Source of the DNA: an uncultured Nitrososphaerota archaeon | Lineage (GTDB): Archaea; Thermoproteota; Nitrososphaeria; Nitrososphaerales; Gagatemarchaeaceae | Direction of reading: 5' to 3' | Assembly: GCA_963838925.1 (NCBI GenBank) | Contig: CAWISW010000003.1 | Coordinates: 1-64,000 of the forward strand | DNA length: 64,000 nucleotides | Made by a program: the position numbers and the translations under genes | Shown: piece by piece, positions 41,224 to 50,198 of the stretch | How positions within the stretch are numbered: position 1 is the first letter of the stretch | Layout: every line of letters starts with the position of its first letter | Notes under the pieces: generated by a model | The model's database searches: none | Told to the model about the DNA's origin: nothing | What the model saw: only the letters and a program-made list of their open reading frames with translations

Positions 41224-41776
41224 GACTCCCCTGCGAACGGCCCACCTGGGTTCGCGCCGGGACGACGTACAGGTGCACGTTCTCGCGGGTCTCCACGGGC
41301 TTCCAGTCCGGGAACTGGTGCTCGACGGAGACCACCAGCGCCCCAGGAGGCATCTCCCTTCCCGCCTTCTCTTGGAGCTTCCTCATGATGAGCGGGGAGA
41401 GGAAGACGAACACCTTTCTCGACTCGCTCAGGTCGACGTCCAGCAGGTTCCTCCTGAGGACGGTGACGCTCGCGGACAGACCCTGTCTCCTAGAGCTCCA
41501 AATGGAGATCGCCCTGCGCAACGGGTCGATCTCGGCCCCGACGGCGCGGACGTGGTATTCTTTCGCGAAGAAGATGAGCGCTCTCCCGAAGCCTGACCCG
41601 AGGTCGTAGACCGTGTCGCCCTCCTTCAACTGGAGCAGGGCCGCGGCGGCCCGAAGTTGCCTCCTCGAGGTCGGGCCGTACCCTGCGCCCCAGAGCAGGC
41701 TGAAGAGGAAGAGGTAGACCATGAAGGCAGCGAACGCCCACAACACCCAAGCCACCACGAGATTGATGGCGACCAC
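41198..41776 (-). CDS. Class I SAM-dependent methyltransferase (N-terminal TM)
   Basis: YDLGSGFGR, GAEIDP. Confidence 0.87.
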   Translation of the reverse strand: MVAINLVVAWVLWAFAAFMVYLFLFSLLWGAGYGPTSRRQLRAAAALLQLKEGDTVYDLGSGFGRALIFFAKEYHVRAVGAEIDPLRRAISIWSSRRQGLSASVTVLRRNLLDVDLSESRKVFVFLSPLIMRKLQEKAGREMPPGALVVSVEHQFPDWKPVETRENVHLYVVPARTQVGRSQGSLTPGTRNA

Positions 41777-41857
41777 GCTTGAAGGAGGGCGCCCCGTGTA
41801 TAAGGGCTCGGAGCGCCTCCTGAATTCTTAATACGATTCGGCTCGCGAGTCTCACGA

Positions 41858-42250
41858 ATGGGGAGCCAGAGCGCTTTCGGTCCGGGCTTCCAGGCTGCGA
41901 ACTCCAGGCTGTACAGGCTGGAGTACGCGGCTGCGACGCTCGCCATCCTGGCGTACTTGATCTTCAGGTGGCTCCACCTCGGAGGCCTCGACTGGCCGGC
42001 CACGGTGTTCTGGATTGTCTTTCCAGACCTGGCGGCCTTCTTACCGATAGGCCTGTCCTCGAAGAGGAGGGAGTGGCCGCCATGGGGGAGCTACGTCTAC
42101 AACGCGTTCCACAACGCGCTGGTGTGGGGATTCGTGTTCGGTGCGCTCTGGCTGGTCATGGGCGCCCCGTACTGGCCAATCCTCGGGTGGCTGGGTCACA
42201 TCGCCGCGGACAGGGCGTTGGGCTACGGCCTGCGCTCGGCCAGGCGGTGA
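41858..42250 (+). CDS. DUF4260-like membrane protein
   Basis: RLEY, PDLA, YNAFH, HIAADRALGYGL. Confidence 0.75.
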   Translation: MGSQSAFGPGFQAANSRLYRLEYAAATLAILAYLIFRWLHLGGLDWPATVFWIVFPDLAAFLPIGLSSKRREWPPWGSYVYNAFHNALVWGFVFGALWLVMGAPYWPILGWLGHIAADRALGYGLRSARR

Positions 42251-42256
42251 ACCTCA

Positions 42257-42742
42257 TCAGGCGCTCGGGGTCGGGACCACGTACAGGTAGATCGAGTGCG
42301 GCTTCTTCCAGCCCGCCGGTACGACCTCTATCTCCTTCGTGGCCTTCCAGTCCGGGATTGGATAGTCGAAGTTCACCACCCTGACGCCCGGCCTGAGCTC
42401 CTTGTTGAACTTCGGTGTGAGGAGGTTCAGGGTGTAGCTCGAGAGGTAGGTGCAGAGGACGTCGACCTTGCGCAGGCTCACCTTCTTGAAGTTCCTGCAG
42501 GTGATCTTGGCCCTGTCGGAGAGGCCCAGCTCGCGGATCTTTTGGCGGGACGCCTTCACGAGGCGCTTCCGGGTCTCCACGCCTACCGCCTTTGCATGGA
42601 AGTCCCTCGCGGCCACTATCACTATCCTGGCGTCGCCGGAGCCCAGGTCGAAGACGGACTCGCCCGGCTTCACGGACGCGAAGGAGAGCATGGTCGGGAT
42701 GATGTCCTCCGGGGTAGGGACGTGCGGCTCGGTGTAGTTCAA
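42257..42742 (-). CDS. Class I SAM-dependent methyltransferase
   Basis: HVPTP, FDLGSGDARIV, ELRPGVRVV. Confidence 0.88.
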   Translation of the reverse strand: MNYTEPHVPTPEDIIPTMLSFASVKPGESVFDLGSGDARIVIVAARDFHAKAVGVETRKRLVKASRQKIRELGLSDRAKITCRNFKKVSLRKVDVLCTYLSSYTLNLLTPKFNKELRPGVRVVNFDYPIPDWKATKEIEVVPAGWKKPHSIYLYVVPTPSA

Positions 42743-42930
42743 ACGGCCCTACCGATTCCGTGGATTAGATAAGCATCAGGGCGGGAATCGCGTGTCCGTC
42801 CTCAATCCGCTGAAGTCCTTGTAGCGACCGGTCGCCGCTTGCATAACGCTTAAACGGAAACAAGCCCCATTGCATGCGAAGCGGCTTGCTGTTGCTTTGA
42901 GGATTCAGGAGCGAATGAGCTGACGACAAG

Positions 42931-43299
42931 ATGGAGACCACGAGCCTAGAAACAAAGGTGAACCGCATATTCGATTTCGACAAGAGCATATGGTGCGTCG
43001 TGCTGCTCTCCTCCGACGGGAAGTCGCTGGCAAATTTCTGCAAGGCCGGGGTGGCTCCTCTGGAGCCCCAAGACGAGACCGAGACGGTCTACATGAGGGC
43101 GACGATTGCCATGAACATGAGCTCTCCGATGGACAAATACCACGGACGAATCAGGACCGCCATCATTGTCAAGGAGAAGGTCGTGATGATCTGCTTCAGT
43201 CTCTCGCAGAAGATCATGCTGATATCGGCCACGCCGGAGTTCCAGCTTAGGGACGTCGAAGCGCTTGGGCAGCTGATCGACCAACTGGGTATGGGCTGA
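42931..43299 (+). CDS. Roadblock/profilin-like fold hypothetical protein
   Basis: 122 aa; DKSIW.VVLL..DG and beta-rich C-terminus. Confidence 0.5.
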   Translation: METTSLETKVNRIFDFDKSIWCVVLLSSDGKSLANFCKAGVAPLEPQDETETVYMRATIAMNMSSPMDKYHGRIRTAIIVKEKVVMICFSLSQKIMLISATPEFQLRDVEALGQLIDQLGMG

Positions 43300-43330
43300 A
43301 CGTATAGCCAGCCTCCGCTGCCTGATTGGA

Positions 43331-43418
43331 TGGTGCGGGAGGTGGGATTCGAACCCACGAACCCCTAAGGGATTGGAACCTCAATCCAACGCCGTTGGCC
43401 ATGCTGGGCGACTCCCGC
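43331..43418 (-). tRNA. tRNA-Leu(GAG), CCA encoded, no intron
   Basis: GCGGGAG acceptor, TTGGA-TTGAGGT-TCCAA anticodon arm, long variable arm, GTTCGAATC, ACCA. Confidence 0.95.
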
Positions 43419-43474
43419 GCGAGGTCGACTTGCTTTTGCAGCCTCTAAAATGCTTTCGAGAGCGCGGGTCGGCT

Positions 43475-43876
43475 CTACGCCGAGACTGCCTCTAGCCCGC
43501 ACTCGTGGTCCTCGTCGGAGGTGGCTCCGCTCACGCCGATGGCGCCGATTATCTCGTCCCCCTTCTTTGCGAGCACCCCGCCGGGAAGGAGCACGATCCT
43601 GTTCCCGCTGACCTGAGTGAGGCCGAGCCCCGCGGCAGGCCTGTCCTTCATCCGCTCGGCCATCTCTTTCGAATGCATCTTGAAGGCTATCGACGTGAAT
43701 GCCTTCCCCCTCGCGATGTCGGGCGAGATGATGTTCGCGCCGTCCATCCTCGCGAGCGCGACGGGGTTCCCTCCGGCGTCCACGACGCAGACGGACACCC
43801 TCACTCCGAGCTGCGTCGCCTTCGCGCACGCTTTCTTGATCCACGTCTCGGCCTGCTCCAGGGTTAGGTTCGCCAT
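43475..43876 (-). CDS. GlcG/HbpS family heme-binding protein
   Basis: VVDAGG, RMDGA, IARGKAFT, GAIGVSG. Confidence 0.9.
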   Translation of the reverse strand: MANLTLEQAETWIKKACAKATQLGVRVSVCVVDAGGNPVALARMDGANIISPDIARGKAFTSIAFKMHSKEMAERMKDRPAAGLGLTQVSGNRIVLLPGGVLAKKGDEIIGAIGVSGATSDEDHECGLEAVSA

Positions 43877-43937
43877 GTCTCTCGCAGGCCTTCCCTTGGC
43901 GGCCGCGATTATATAGTGATGAGGAGAAAACGCGGAC

Positions 43938-44911
43938 GTGTCGAGAACCCGGGTCGTCACGGATGCCGGCGTCTATGAGGCGGACGCGGACTGGGCGAGG
44001 ATCCCCGACGGCTGGTCCTTTCGCGAGGTCGCAGGCGTGGCAACCGACTCGCGCTCGCGCGTCTACGTCTTCAGCAGGAGCGAGCACCCGATGATGGTGT
44101 TCGACAGGGAGGGCGGGTTCATCTCCTCGTGGGGGGAGGGCGTCTTCACCAAGGCCCACAACGTCCGCGTCTCGCCCGACGGCTTCGTCTTCTGCTCCGA
44201 CCTCCTCGACCACACCGTCCGCAAGTTCACTCCAGGGGGGAGCTACTGATGACCCTGGGGACCGCCAACGTGCCGTCGGACACGGGAGGGGACGGGAAGA
44301 GCTCCAAGATCAAGAGGTCGGCAGGCCCCTTCAACGGGCCCACCGACGTCGCGTTCGGGCCTAACGGCGAGCTGTTCGTCACGGACGGCTACGCGAACGC
44401 GCGCGTCCACAGGTTCTCGGCGGACGGCGAGCTCATCGGCTCCTGGGGGGCGCCCGGGGGCAAGCCCGGGGAGTTCAGCCTCCCGCACGGCGCCCTCATA
44501 CAGGGCGGGAAGACCCTCTACGTCGCCGACCGGGAGAACAACAGGGTGCAGGTCTTCGACCTCAAGGGGAAGTTCGTCTCCCAGTGGACGGACTTCGCCG
44601 GCCCAACGGGGATCTCTGCGTGCTCGGACGGGAGCCTCGTCGTCAGCGAGTTCGGCTACGACCCGGCGATTCCCACGCGGTACTCGGTCCCCGCGCACGG
44701 CAGGAGGATACTGCCAAGAGTGACCGTGCGCTCGCCGGACGGAGAGCTCCTGGCCAAGATCGAGGGGGAGGACAAGTGCGCGCAGGGGAGCTTCTTCGCG
44801 CCCCACTCGGTGTGCGTCGACCGGAACGGGGACATCTACGTCGGCGAGGTCCCGATCACCCGGCGCGCTCCTGGTCCTTGCCACACGCTACAGAAGCTGG
44901 TCAGGCAGTAG
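43938..44911 (+). CDS. NHL-repeat protein, peptidyl-alpha-hydroxyglycine alpha-amidating lyase-like (frameshift at G run ~44240)
   Basis: FNGPTDVA, DGYANARVH, FSLPHG, YVADRENNRVQVF. Confidence 0.88.
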
Positions 44912-44949
44912 CGGATAGACGCTTTTATTTCACGTGAAGTTCCTGTTGC

Positions 44950-45588
44950 GTGAGTGCTCTTTTCGAGTCTGAAAGGGTCTCAGAACTTGTAGGCGCGATA
45001 CTCGGAGACGGAAACATCTACGACAAACGGCCGGACTATGTCGAGATGTGTGGCAATCCGAGGAACGACCTGGCATACTATGAGAACGTCTTGCTTCCAA
45101 TCGTGAGGGAGGAGCTGGGAAGAAATCCAAAGCTCTTCTTGAGAGACGGAGGACTGCGCTTCAGGATTAACCAAAAGTCCTTCGTAGAGTGGCTCAAGGA
45201 TATTGGTCTCCCGGCGGGCGAAGCAAAAGGGTCCGCCGCGATTCCAGACTTCATAGTCTCCCGCGGAAAGTTCCTCGTCCGATGTGTAAGGGGCATCTAC
45301 GACACCGACGGTAGCGTGTACTTTGACAGGCGGTCGGCCTATCTCAGGCCGTATCCCCGAACCGAATTGCAGATGACCAACGAAGCACTCTTAGACCAAT
45401 TAGACAAGATTCTAAGCCAAATGGACATCAAGCACTCGTTCGTAAGACGCAGTGCGTCATTGTCGCTTGAGACGGCTGGCTTGGAGTCTCTGCGCGGTTT
45501 CTTGCAGAAAATAGGCTTCTCCAATAAGTATCATGTCAGAAGGATTGGAAGCGAGTATCCTGAATTAGTTGGGCTCAACTGCGATTAA
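44950..45588 (+). CDS. Free-standing LAGLIDADG endonuclease
   Basis: ELVGAILGDG and CVRGIYDTDGS motifs; no intein splicing residues; lower GC. Confidence 0.85.
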   Translation: MSALFESERVSELVGAILGDGNIYDKRPDYVEMCGNPRNDLAYYENVLLPIVREELGRNPKLFLRDGGLRFRINQKSFVEWLKDIGLPAGEAKGSAAIPDFIVSRGKFLVRCVRGIYDTDGSVYFDRRSAYLRPYPRTELQMTNEALLDQLDKILSQMDIKHSFVRRSASLSLETAGLESLRGFLQKIGFSNKYHVRRIGSEYPELVGLNCD

Positions 45589-45631
45589 AGTTTCAGTCTT
45601 TAAAAGTGTCAATTAAGGTAGGTCGAGCCGT

Positions 45632-45726
45632 GCCGGCGTAGCTCAGCCTGGTAGAGCGAACCACCTAATCGTGGGCTCAAGTCTCTCGTAAGGACTAGGT
45701 CCCGTGTTCAAATCGCGGCGCCGGCT
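45632..45726 (+). tRNA. tRNA-Thr(CGT) with a 21-nt intron at position 27/28 (45660-45680)
   Basis: GCCGGCG/CGCCGGC acceptor; AGTCT-CTCGTAA-GGACT after splicing; BHB-like junction GAGC/GCTC with GA|A and AA|G cut sites. Confidence 0.92.
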
Positions 45727-45731
45727 TTTTC

Positions 45732-46493
45732 TCATATCTTAGAATCCGCTCTAGACTTTATCGACTTGAGTTTGACATAGACGTTATCCTCTTCCAAGAC
45801 TGCATTCCGAATCGAACTTGGATCCCGGCCTTGCAGAATCATTCGTTTCACTTTCAAATCCAACCAACTAGGCCATTTTCGCGGGAATACTCGAGCATTA
45901 GCTAACTTACGAAGAAGTTTACCTCTGTGAGTATCCACAAATGGACTGAAAATCCAGAGAGTGTTTGCGATGGCAACCGTGATGCTAATCCCGCAACTTC
46001 CACGATGCCAGTATTCCCTGGGGTTCGCATTTAGGGATGTAAGAAGATCCTTGATCAGGCGGACATTTGGTTCGCTAGTTATCGTGACTGTCTTGTTCCT
46101 GATGTTGACTGACCCATCGGAGTCGGCTAGGCCTCGAAGAAACCAAAGCCGGTTCTCGGGTGACGCGAGAAGAAGCCAGTTCATTTTCACAGGATGATGG
46201 GAGGTGACTTCGGTCTCTGCGAGCCCGAGACAGGAGACGTGGAACCAGAGGAATACTTCGGAAAAATATGAGTTCCACTTGAATGCTCCGTGCGGTTCTG
46301 TTTCGTTTGGAAGTGCATCTACAATCCTGCTCCATGGTACTCCTAGTTGAGTGATGCAATCCATTACGGAATTTCCAAGCGCGAGATTCTCCTCATGCCC
46401 TCGACATAGTTGAAGCTGGAATCTGGCCCACTGGTGCCGAGTGGAAAATGTCTTTCCTGCATCGCCTACCATCCACCCCAGAAAGTAATACAT
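45732..46493 (-). CDS. Free-standing LAGLIDADG endonuclease (frame open upstream to ~46727)
   Basis: YFLGWMVGDA and WFLRGLADSDGS motifs; lower GC; stop codon immediately after the tRNA 3' end. Confidence 0.82.
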   Translation of the reverse strand: MYYFLGWMVGDAGKTFSTRHQWARFQLQLCRGHEENLALGNSVMDCITQLGVPWSRIVDALPNETEPHGAFKWNSYFSEVFLWFHVSCLGLAETEVTSHHPVKMNWLLLASPENRLWFLRGLADSDGSVNIRNKTVTITSEPNVRLIKDLLTSLNANPREYWHRGSCGISITVAIANTLWIFSPFVDTHRGKLLRKLANARVFPRKWPSWLDLKVKRMILQGRDPSSIRNAVLEEDNVYVKLKSIKSRADSKI

Positions 46494-46849
46494 GAGTTGA
46501 AGGAATCGGTCCTTATGTTTAGCGTCGCCTAGATGGGCCAGCCTTATCCGAAGAACCCCATTCTCAAACTCTGCGGGGGACCTAATCGGGGCAAAACTGA
46601 GATTGACTGAAGCCCATTTTTTAGTGACCGAAGCGGAGCCCGGTTTCCTCGAGAGAAACCACCTCTCCCTCTCACCTGCAATAAGATGAAGTTGACTTGG
46701 GATGAATGTGATTGGAGAGTGAGACCCTCAAATGCAATAAGAAGTTGTCTGGGAATCTAAGCGCCCACGCTGACCGATTATCCGCATAGTTCTTCTTTCT
46801 CGATCGAGAAAGAGAGGGCTCAAATCCCTCCGTCGGCTCCTACCTCTTC

Positions 46850-47548
46850 TCACGAAGGGCCCATGCTGATGTAGGGCGCCATCGAGCGGAGGACCTTCCC
46901 CTCGGCCTTGCGCAAGTGCTCCTCGTAGGTGGTCCTCGGCAGCCTGAGCTTGCTGGCCATCTCCTCGGTGGTCACCTTCTTGGGGACCTGGTAGTAGCCG
47001 TTCTCGAGCGCGAAGACGAGCGCCTGCGCCTGCTTCTTCGTTAGCCCGCCGAAGAGCGCGCTCGTTGAGACCAGCATCGTGTCCTTGACCGCGCCCGACC
47101 TGATTGCCCGGCGGGAGATGACCTCGACCTTGCAGTACCCGCCGAGCGTCGCGAAGACGTTGCGCGCGTCCTTCTCGCTGAACGAAATCATCCTGTAGTA
47201 CTCCCAGCCACCCTTGTAGACGCAGGGCTGTAGCTCGAGGCAGTTGTTCTTCTCGAAGACCGGGGTCACGGGCGCCGGTATGCTGTCGCACCCGCAGTGG
47301 TGGATGACGACCTGGAGGTTGCGGACGCTGTTCGACCTGCGGAGGGGCTTGACCTTCATCGCCCTCCAGACCGAATCGATGTCGTCTTGATACCGGTCGA
47401 AGCTCTCTACCCCGCCTCCCTTGGAGATCTCGAGCACGTCGGTGTCCGAGTTGCACCACGAAGACATGACGAGCTCGGGGTGCTGCTTCGAGAGGTCGTT
47501 AAGCGGGCAGTCATGCTGGAGCCTGAAAGCGGTCTCGTAGAGCGTCAT
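46850..47548 (-). CDS. Bacterio-opsin activator-type (HTH_10) transcriptional regulator
   Basis: LTKKQ..AL..A...GYYQVPK...EHLRKAE.K C-terminal HTH; ATG start at 47548. Confidence 0.9.
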   Translation of the reverse strand: MTLYETAFRLQHDCPLNDLSKQHPELVMSSWCNSDTDVLEISKGGGVESFDRYQDDIDSVWRAMKVKPLRRSNSVRNLQVVIHHCGCDSIPAPVTPVFEKNNCLELQPCVYKGGWEYYRMISFSEKDARNVFATLGGYCKVEVISRRAIRSGAVKDTMLVSTSALFGGLTKKQAQALVFALENGYYQVPKKVTTEEMASKLRLPRTTYEEHLRKAEGKVLRSMAPYISMGPS

Positions 47549-47582
47549 ATCGCTGGAACAGAGGCGGGCCGGGTATAAGTGC

Positions 47583-47651
47583 GGTGCCGTCGCACGACGG
47601 CTCTCCCGAGGAGGCCAAGGCGGCTCGGAAGTCCCGTCGTAAGCCGGCACC
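47583..47651. promoter_or_regulatory. Pair of oppositely oriented operator-like sites in a divergent promoter
   Basis: GGTGCCGTCGCACGACGGC (47583-47601) and CCGTCGTAAGCCGGCACC (47634-47651); each ends GGCACC just before an AT-rich box. Confidence 0.55.
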
Positions 47652-47681
47652 AAGGATAAGCCGTCTGGAGACCCTGCGTCC

Positions 47682-48068
47682 TTGGCGGACGCAAAATTGG
47701 AAACGGTCAACGGCAAACTGCAACTCGTGATAAGCAGCAAGAAGGTCCTCGTACGCGTGGAGCGGGTCGAGGACTCGTTCATGACGTGGGACGGGCAGGT
47801 GCGAGTCAACAGGAGAAGGGTGAAGGTCTACGACTACGTATTCGACGACAGCCAGGCGAGGGCCCTGAAGGAGGCCCGCGAACTGGCGAGCAAGTCAGGC
47901 ATGGAGCTCGTGGTGACCGACCTCACCCGGCGGAGCGCCCTAGAGCGCTTCTTTCGGTCCGGGCTGAACATGATCCGCGCGCAAGCGCGCGTGAGGACGG
48001 TCACCGCCGAGAAAGGCACTGGGCCTCGAAGTTCCGACAGTCTCAGGCCGCAGGCCTGCCGGCCTTGA
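47682..48068 (+). CDS. Hypothetical protein
   Basis: 128-aa ORF with host-like codon usage, divergent from the HTH_10 regulator. Confidence 0.6.
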   Translation: MADAKLETVNGKLQLVISSKKVLVRVERVEDSFMTWDGQVRVNRRRVKVYDYVFDDSQARALKEARELASKSGMELVVTDLTRRSALERFFRSGLNMIRAQARVRTVTAEKGTGPRSSDSLRPQACRP

Positions 48069-48501
48069 AGTCGGCCTCGAGCGCCTTCTTGTAGATCTTC
48101 CAGTGCTTGATCCCGTCTGCCTCCCACTCGTCCTTGTCCTCGACCTCCCTCTTGCTGTCGTACGTCACCACGAACTTCATGTCGAGCCTGGACTTGTTCT
48201 TGCCCAGTGGTTTCACCTTGTAGTCGCCCACCTCCCTCCCGTCTCCGCAGGTGTCAAGGTGCCACGACTTTGGACGGTTGAGCCACACCGCCCTGACTCC
48301 CTCAAAGGTGTCCTTGCCCTCTTTGTAGGTGACGCGCCAGACGACGCGCTGCGGGCTCTTCTCGAGGATCTTCCTGGTGGTCTTGGACCCTGTGTACTTG
48401 TTGTCGTCCTCCCGGAAGTCCGTGCACCATGAGAAGACGTAGTCCACTGGGGCGTTGACGTCTATTGATAGCTTGTATTTCTGATTGATTGGCCTGGCCA
48501 T
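48043..48501 (-). CDS. SRPBCC-like protein
   Basis: IDVNAPVDYVFSWCTDF; ATG start at 48501. Confidence 0.65.
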   Translation of the reverse strand: MARPINQKYKLSIDVNAPVDYVFSWCTDFREDDNKYTGSKTTRKILEKSPQRVVWRVTYKEGKDTFEGVRAVWLNRPKSWHLDTCGDGREVGDYKVKPLGKNKSRLDMKFVVTYDSKREVEDKDEWEADGIKHWKIYKKALEADFKAGRPAA

Positions 48502-48594
48502 GTCCTGAATCCAAGCACAGCTTCGAAGTGTTCGAGTTAAGTGTTTCCGGCGCACCGAAAACTTAAGTGAGCATCGAGTCTGAGCCGGAGTCGT

Positions 48595-48731
48595 GCCAAG
48601 GTAGCTCAGCCTGTCCCTACGGGGGCTATGGAGAGTGCCGCAAGGCCTCTAACACTCGGCTGAAGACCGAGAACAACCGTCACAAGGATTGTTGTCGGGA
48701 TCTGTCGTCGGTTCAAATCCGACTCTTGGCA
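48595..48731 (+). tRNA. tRNA-Phe(GAA) with three non-canonical introns (48614-48629, 48636-48652, 48672-48701)
   Basis: Removing three BHB-like-bounded segments gives GCCAAGGTAGCTCAGCCTGGGAGAGCACTCGGCTGAAGACCGAGCTGTCGTCGGTTCAAATCCGACTCTTGGCA, a complete cloverleaf. Confidence 0.9.
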
Positions 48732-48737
48732 CTTTAA

Positions 48738-49150
48738 TCAACGAGCACCCACGCTCGAATCTATGCTCTGACCCGGGACTAGTCGTACGTCTTCACCGTC
48801 GCCCACTCCGCCGAGCTCCCTGGCAATCATTCCTGACATGAAAACGACCGTCGCCTCGACGAACGCGGGGACCACGTGGATCGAGACGAGCGAGTCGCCG
48901 GTCACAGGATAGAGGACGGCCGCGATCCAGGCTATCATCGGCGGAAAGTCGACGTAGCCCAGCGAGAGGTGCTGGGTCCCGCTCACGATGTAGTACAGCT
49001 CGTCGCGGAAGTACCCGTAGTTCCCCGCGAAGACCATGTGGACGGCGAAGTCCGCCATGCCGAGATACGCGAGGAGCGCCGTCGTGCTGGAGCGACGTCT
49101 TCGAGAGGAGGTCTGAGCCAGGCTCCTTGCTGGATCGAGCCGCTCTTGGC
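48738..49150 (-). pseudogene. Truncated glycosyltransferase family 39/83 (PMT/ArnT-like) N-terminal fragment
   Basis: GYFRDELYY...HLSLGYVDFPPMIAW; similarity ends after ARELGG, just downstream of tRNA-Phe. Confidence 0.7.
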
Positions 49151-49250
49151 TTTCATTGGCTCCTTCCGGATTTATCGAAATGAGGATATTATCTTTGTGA
49201 AGACGAGGTCGCACCGCGGCGCCTAGATACAAGAAGGAGCGATGGGAGAC

Positions 49251-49412
49251 CTATCCCTTCGCTCTGTTGCTTTCTCGCTGCTCAGCCTTGCGGCGGCGGT
49301 TGAGCTCGGCGATCTTTTCCTTGTATTCCTTCTTCTTCTTCTTGTTTCCTTGGGTGCGCGCCTGGTCGTAAAGCCTTCTCAGTTCGGCTTCCTCGGCGTC
49401 GCCATCTGACAT
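49251..49412 (-). CDS. Small charged hypothetical protein (53 aa)
   Basis: MSDGDAEEAELRRLYDQAR...; below the ORF-track length cut-off; AT-rich box upstream. Confidence 0.4.
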   Translation of the reverse strand: MSDGDAEEAELRRLYDQARTQGNKKKKKEYKEKIAELNRRRKAEQRESNRAKG

Positions 49413-49600
49413 CTGGGGAGATGTTGTCGCTTGATGTAATTATGTCTTTCAGGGGCGTGCGACAGCTTGACGCCAAGAGGTTCCCCTGCGTAGAGGCGCG
49501 GGTCTCTCGGTTTTGGGCCCTTCGCCGCCTGAGAACGCACAAACGGCGGTCAATCCTTGCTTAAATACTATATATAGGGCCGAAGTTTCACGTCTGCGCA

Positions 49601-50158
49601 ATGCCTCAAACCAAGGCTATCATTAGCATCGAGAATGTTGTCGCTTCCGCTTCCATAAACCAGAAGGTCGACCTGAACCTGATCACGAAGAACTTCGTGG
49701 ACGTTGAGTACCACCCCGACCAATTCCCAGGGCTTGTCTTCAGGCTGAAGAACCCGAAGACCGCCACGCTGATCTTCAGTTCGGGGAAGATGGTCTGCAC
49801 GGGCGCCAAGTCTGAGGACCAGTCGAGGAAGGCCGTGCAGGAGGTCGTCAGGAGGCTGAAGAAGGGCGGCATCCCGATTAAGAACGAGGCAGAGATCGTG
49901 ATCCAGAACATGGTGGCGTCGGCGAACCTCGGGGGGAAGGTCCACCTAGAGGAAGCTGCGAGGCAGCTGCCAAAGTCGATGTACGAGCCTGAGCAGTTCC
50001 CCGGCCTCATCCACAGGATGCCCGACCCCAAGACCGTGATACTCCTCTTTGCCTCGGGGAAGCTCGTCTGCACGGGAGCCAAGAGGGAGGCAGACGTCTA
50101 CAGGTCCGTTAACAACCTCCACGTGATGCTCGAAGAGAAGCATCTCATGGTCTACTGA
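49601..50158 (+). CDS. tbp: TATA-box-binding protein
   Basis: Two repeats IENVVAS / Y.P.QFPGL / LIFSSGKMVCTGAK. Confidence 0.97.
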   Translation: MPQTKAIISIENVVASASINQKVDLNLITKNFVDVEYHPDQFPGLVFRLKNPKTATLIFSSGKMVCTGAKSEDQSRKAVQEVVRRLKKGGIPIKNEAEIVIQNMVASANLGGKVHLEEAARQLPKSMYEPEQFPGLIHRMPDPKTVILLFASGKLVCTGAKREADVYRSVNNLHVMLEEKHLMVY

Positions 50159-50198
50159 GCTGTACCGAGCCCTTCCACTCTTTCGGCAGTCGGTCACA

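Noticed and set aside
44950-46493. LAGLIDADG ORFs as intron-encoded or intein remnants
   Set aside because: They lie outside the tRNA, no rRNA or host exons flank them, and they lack Cys1, block B and His-Asn motifs.
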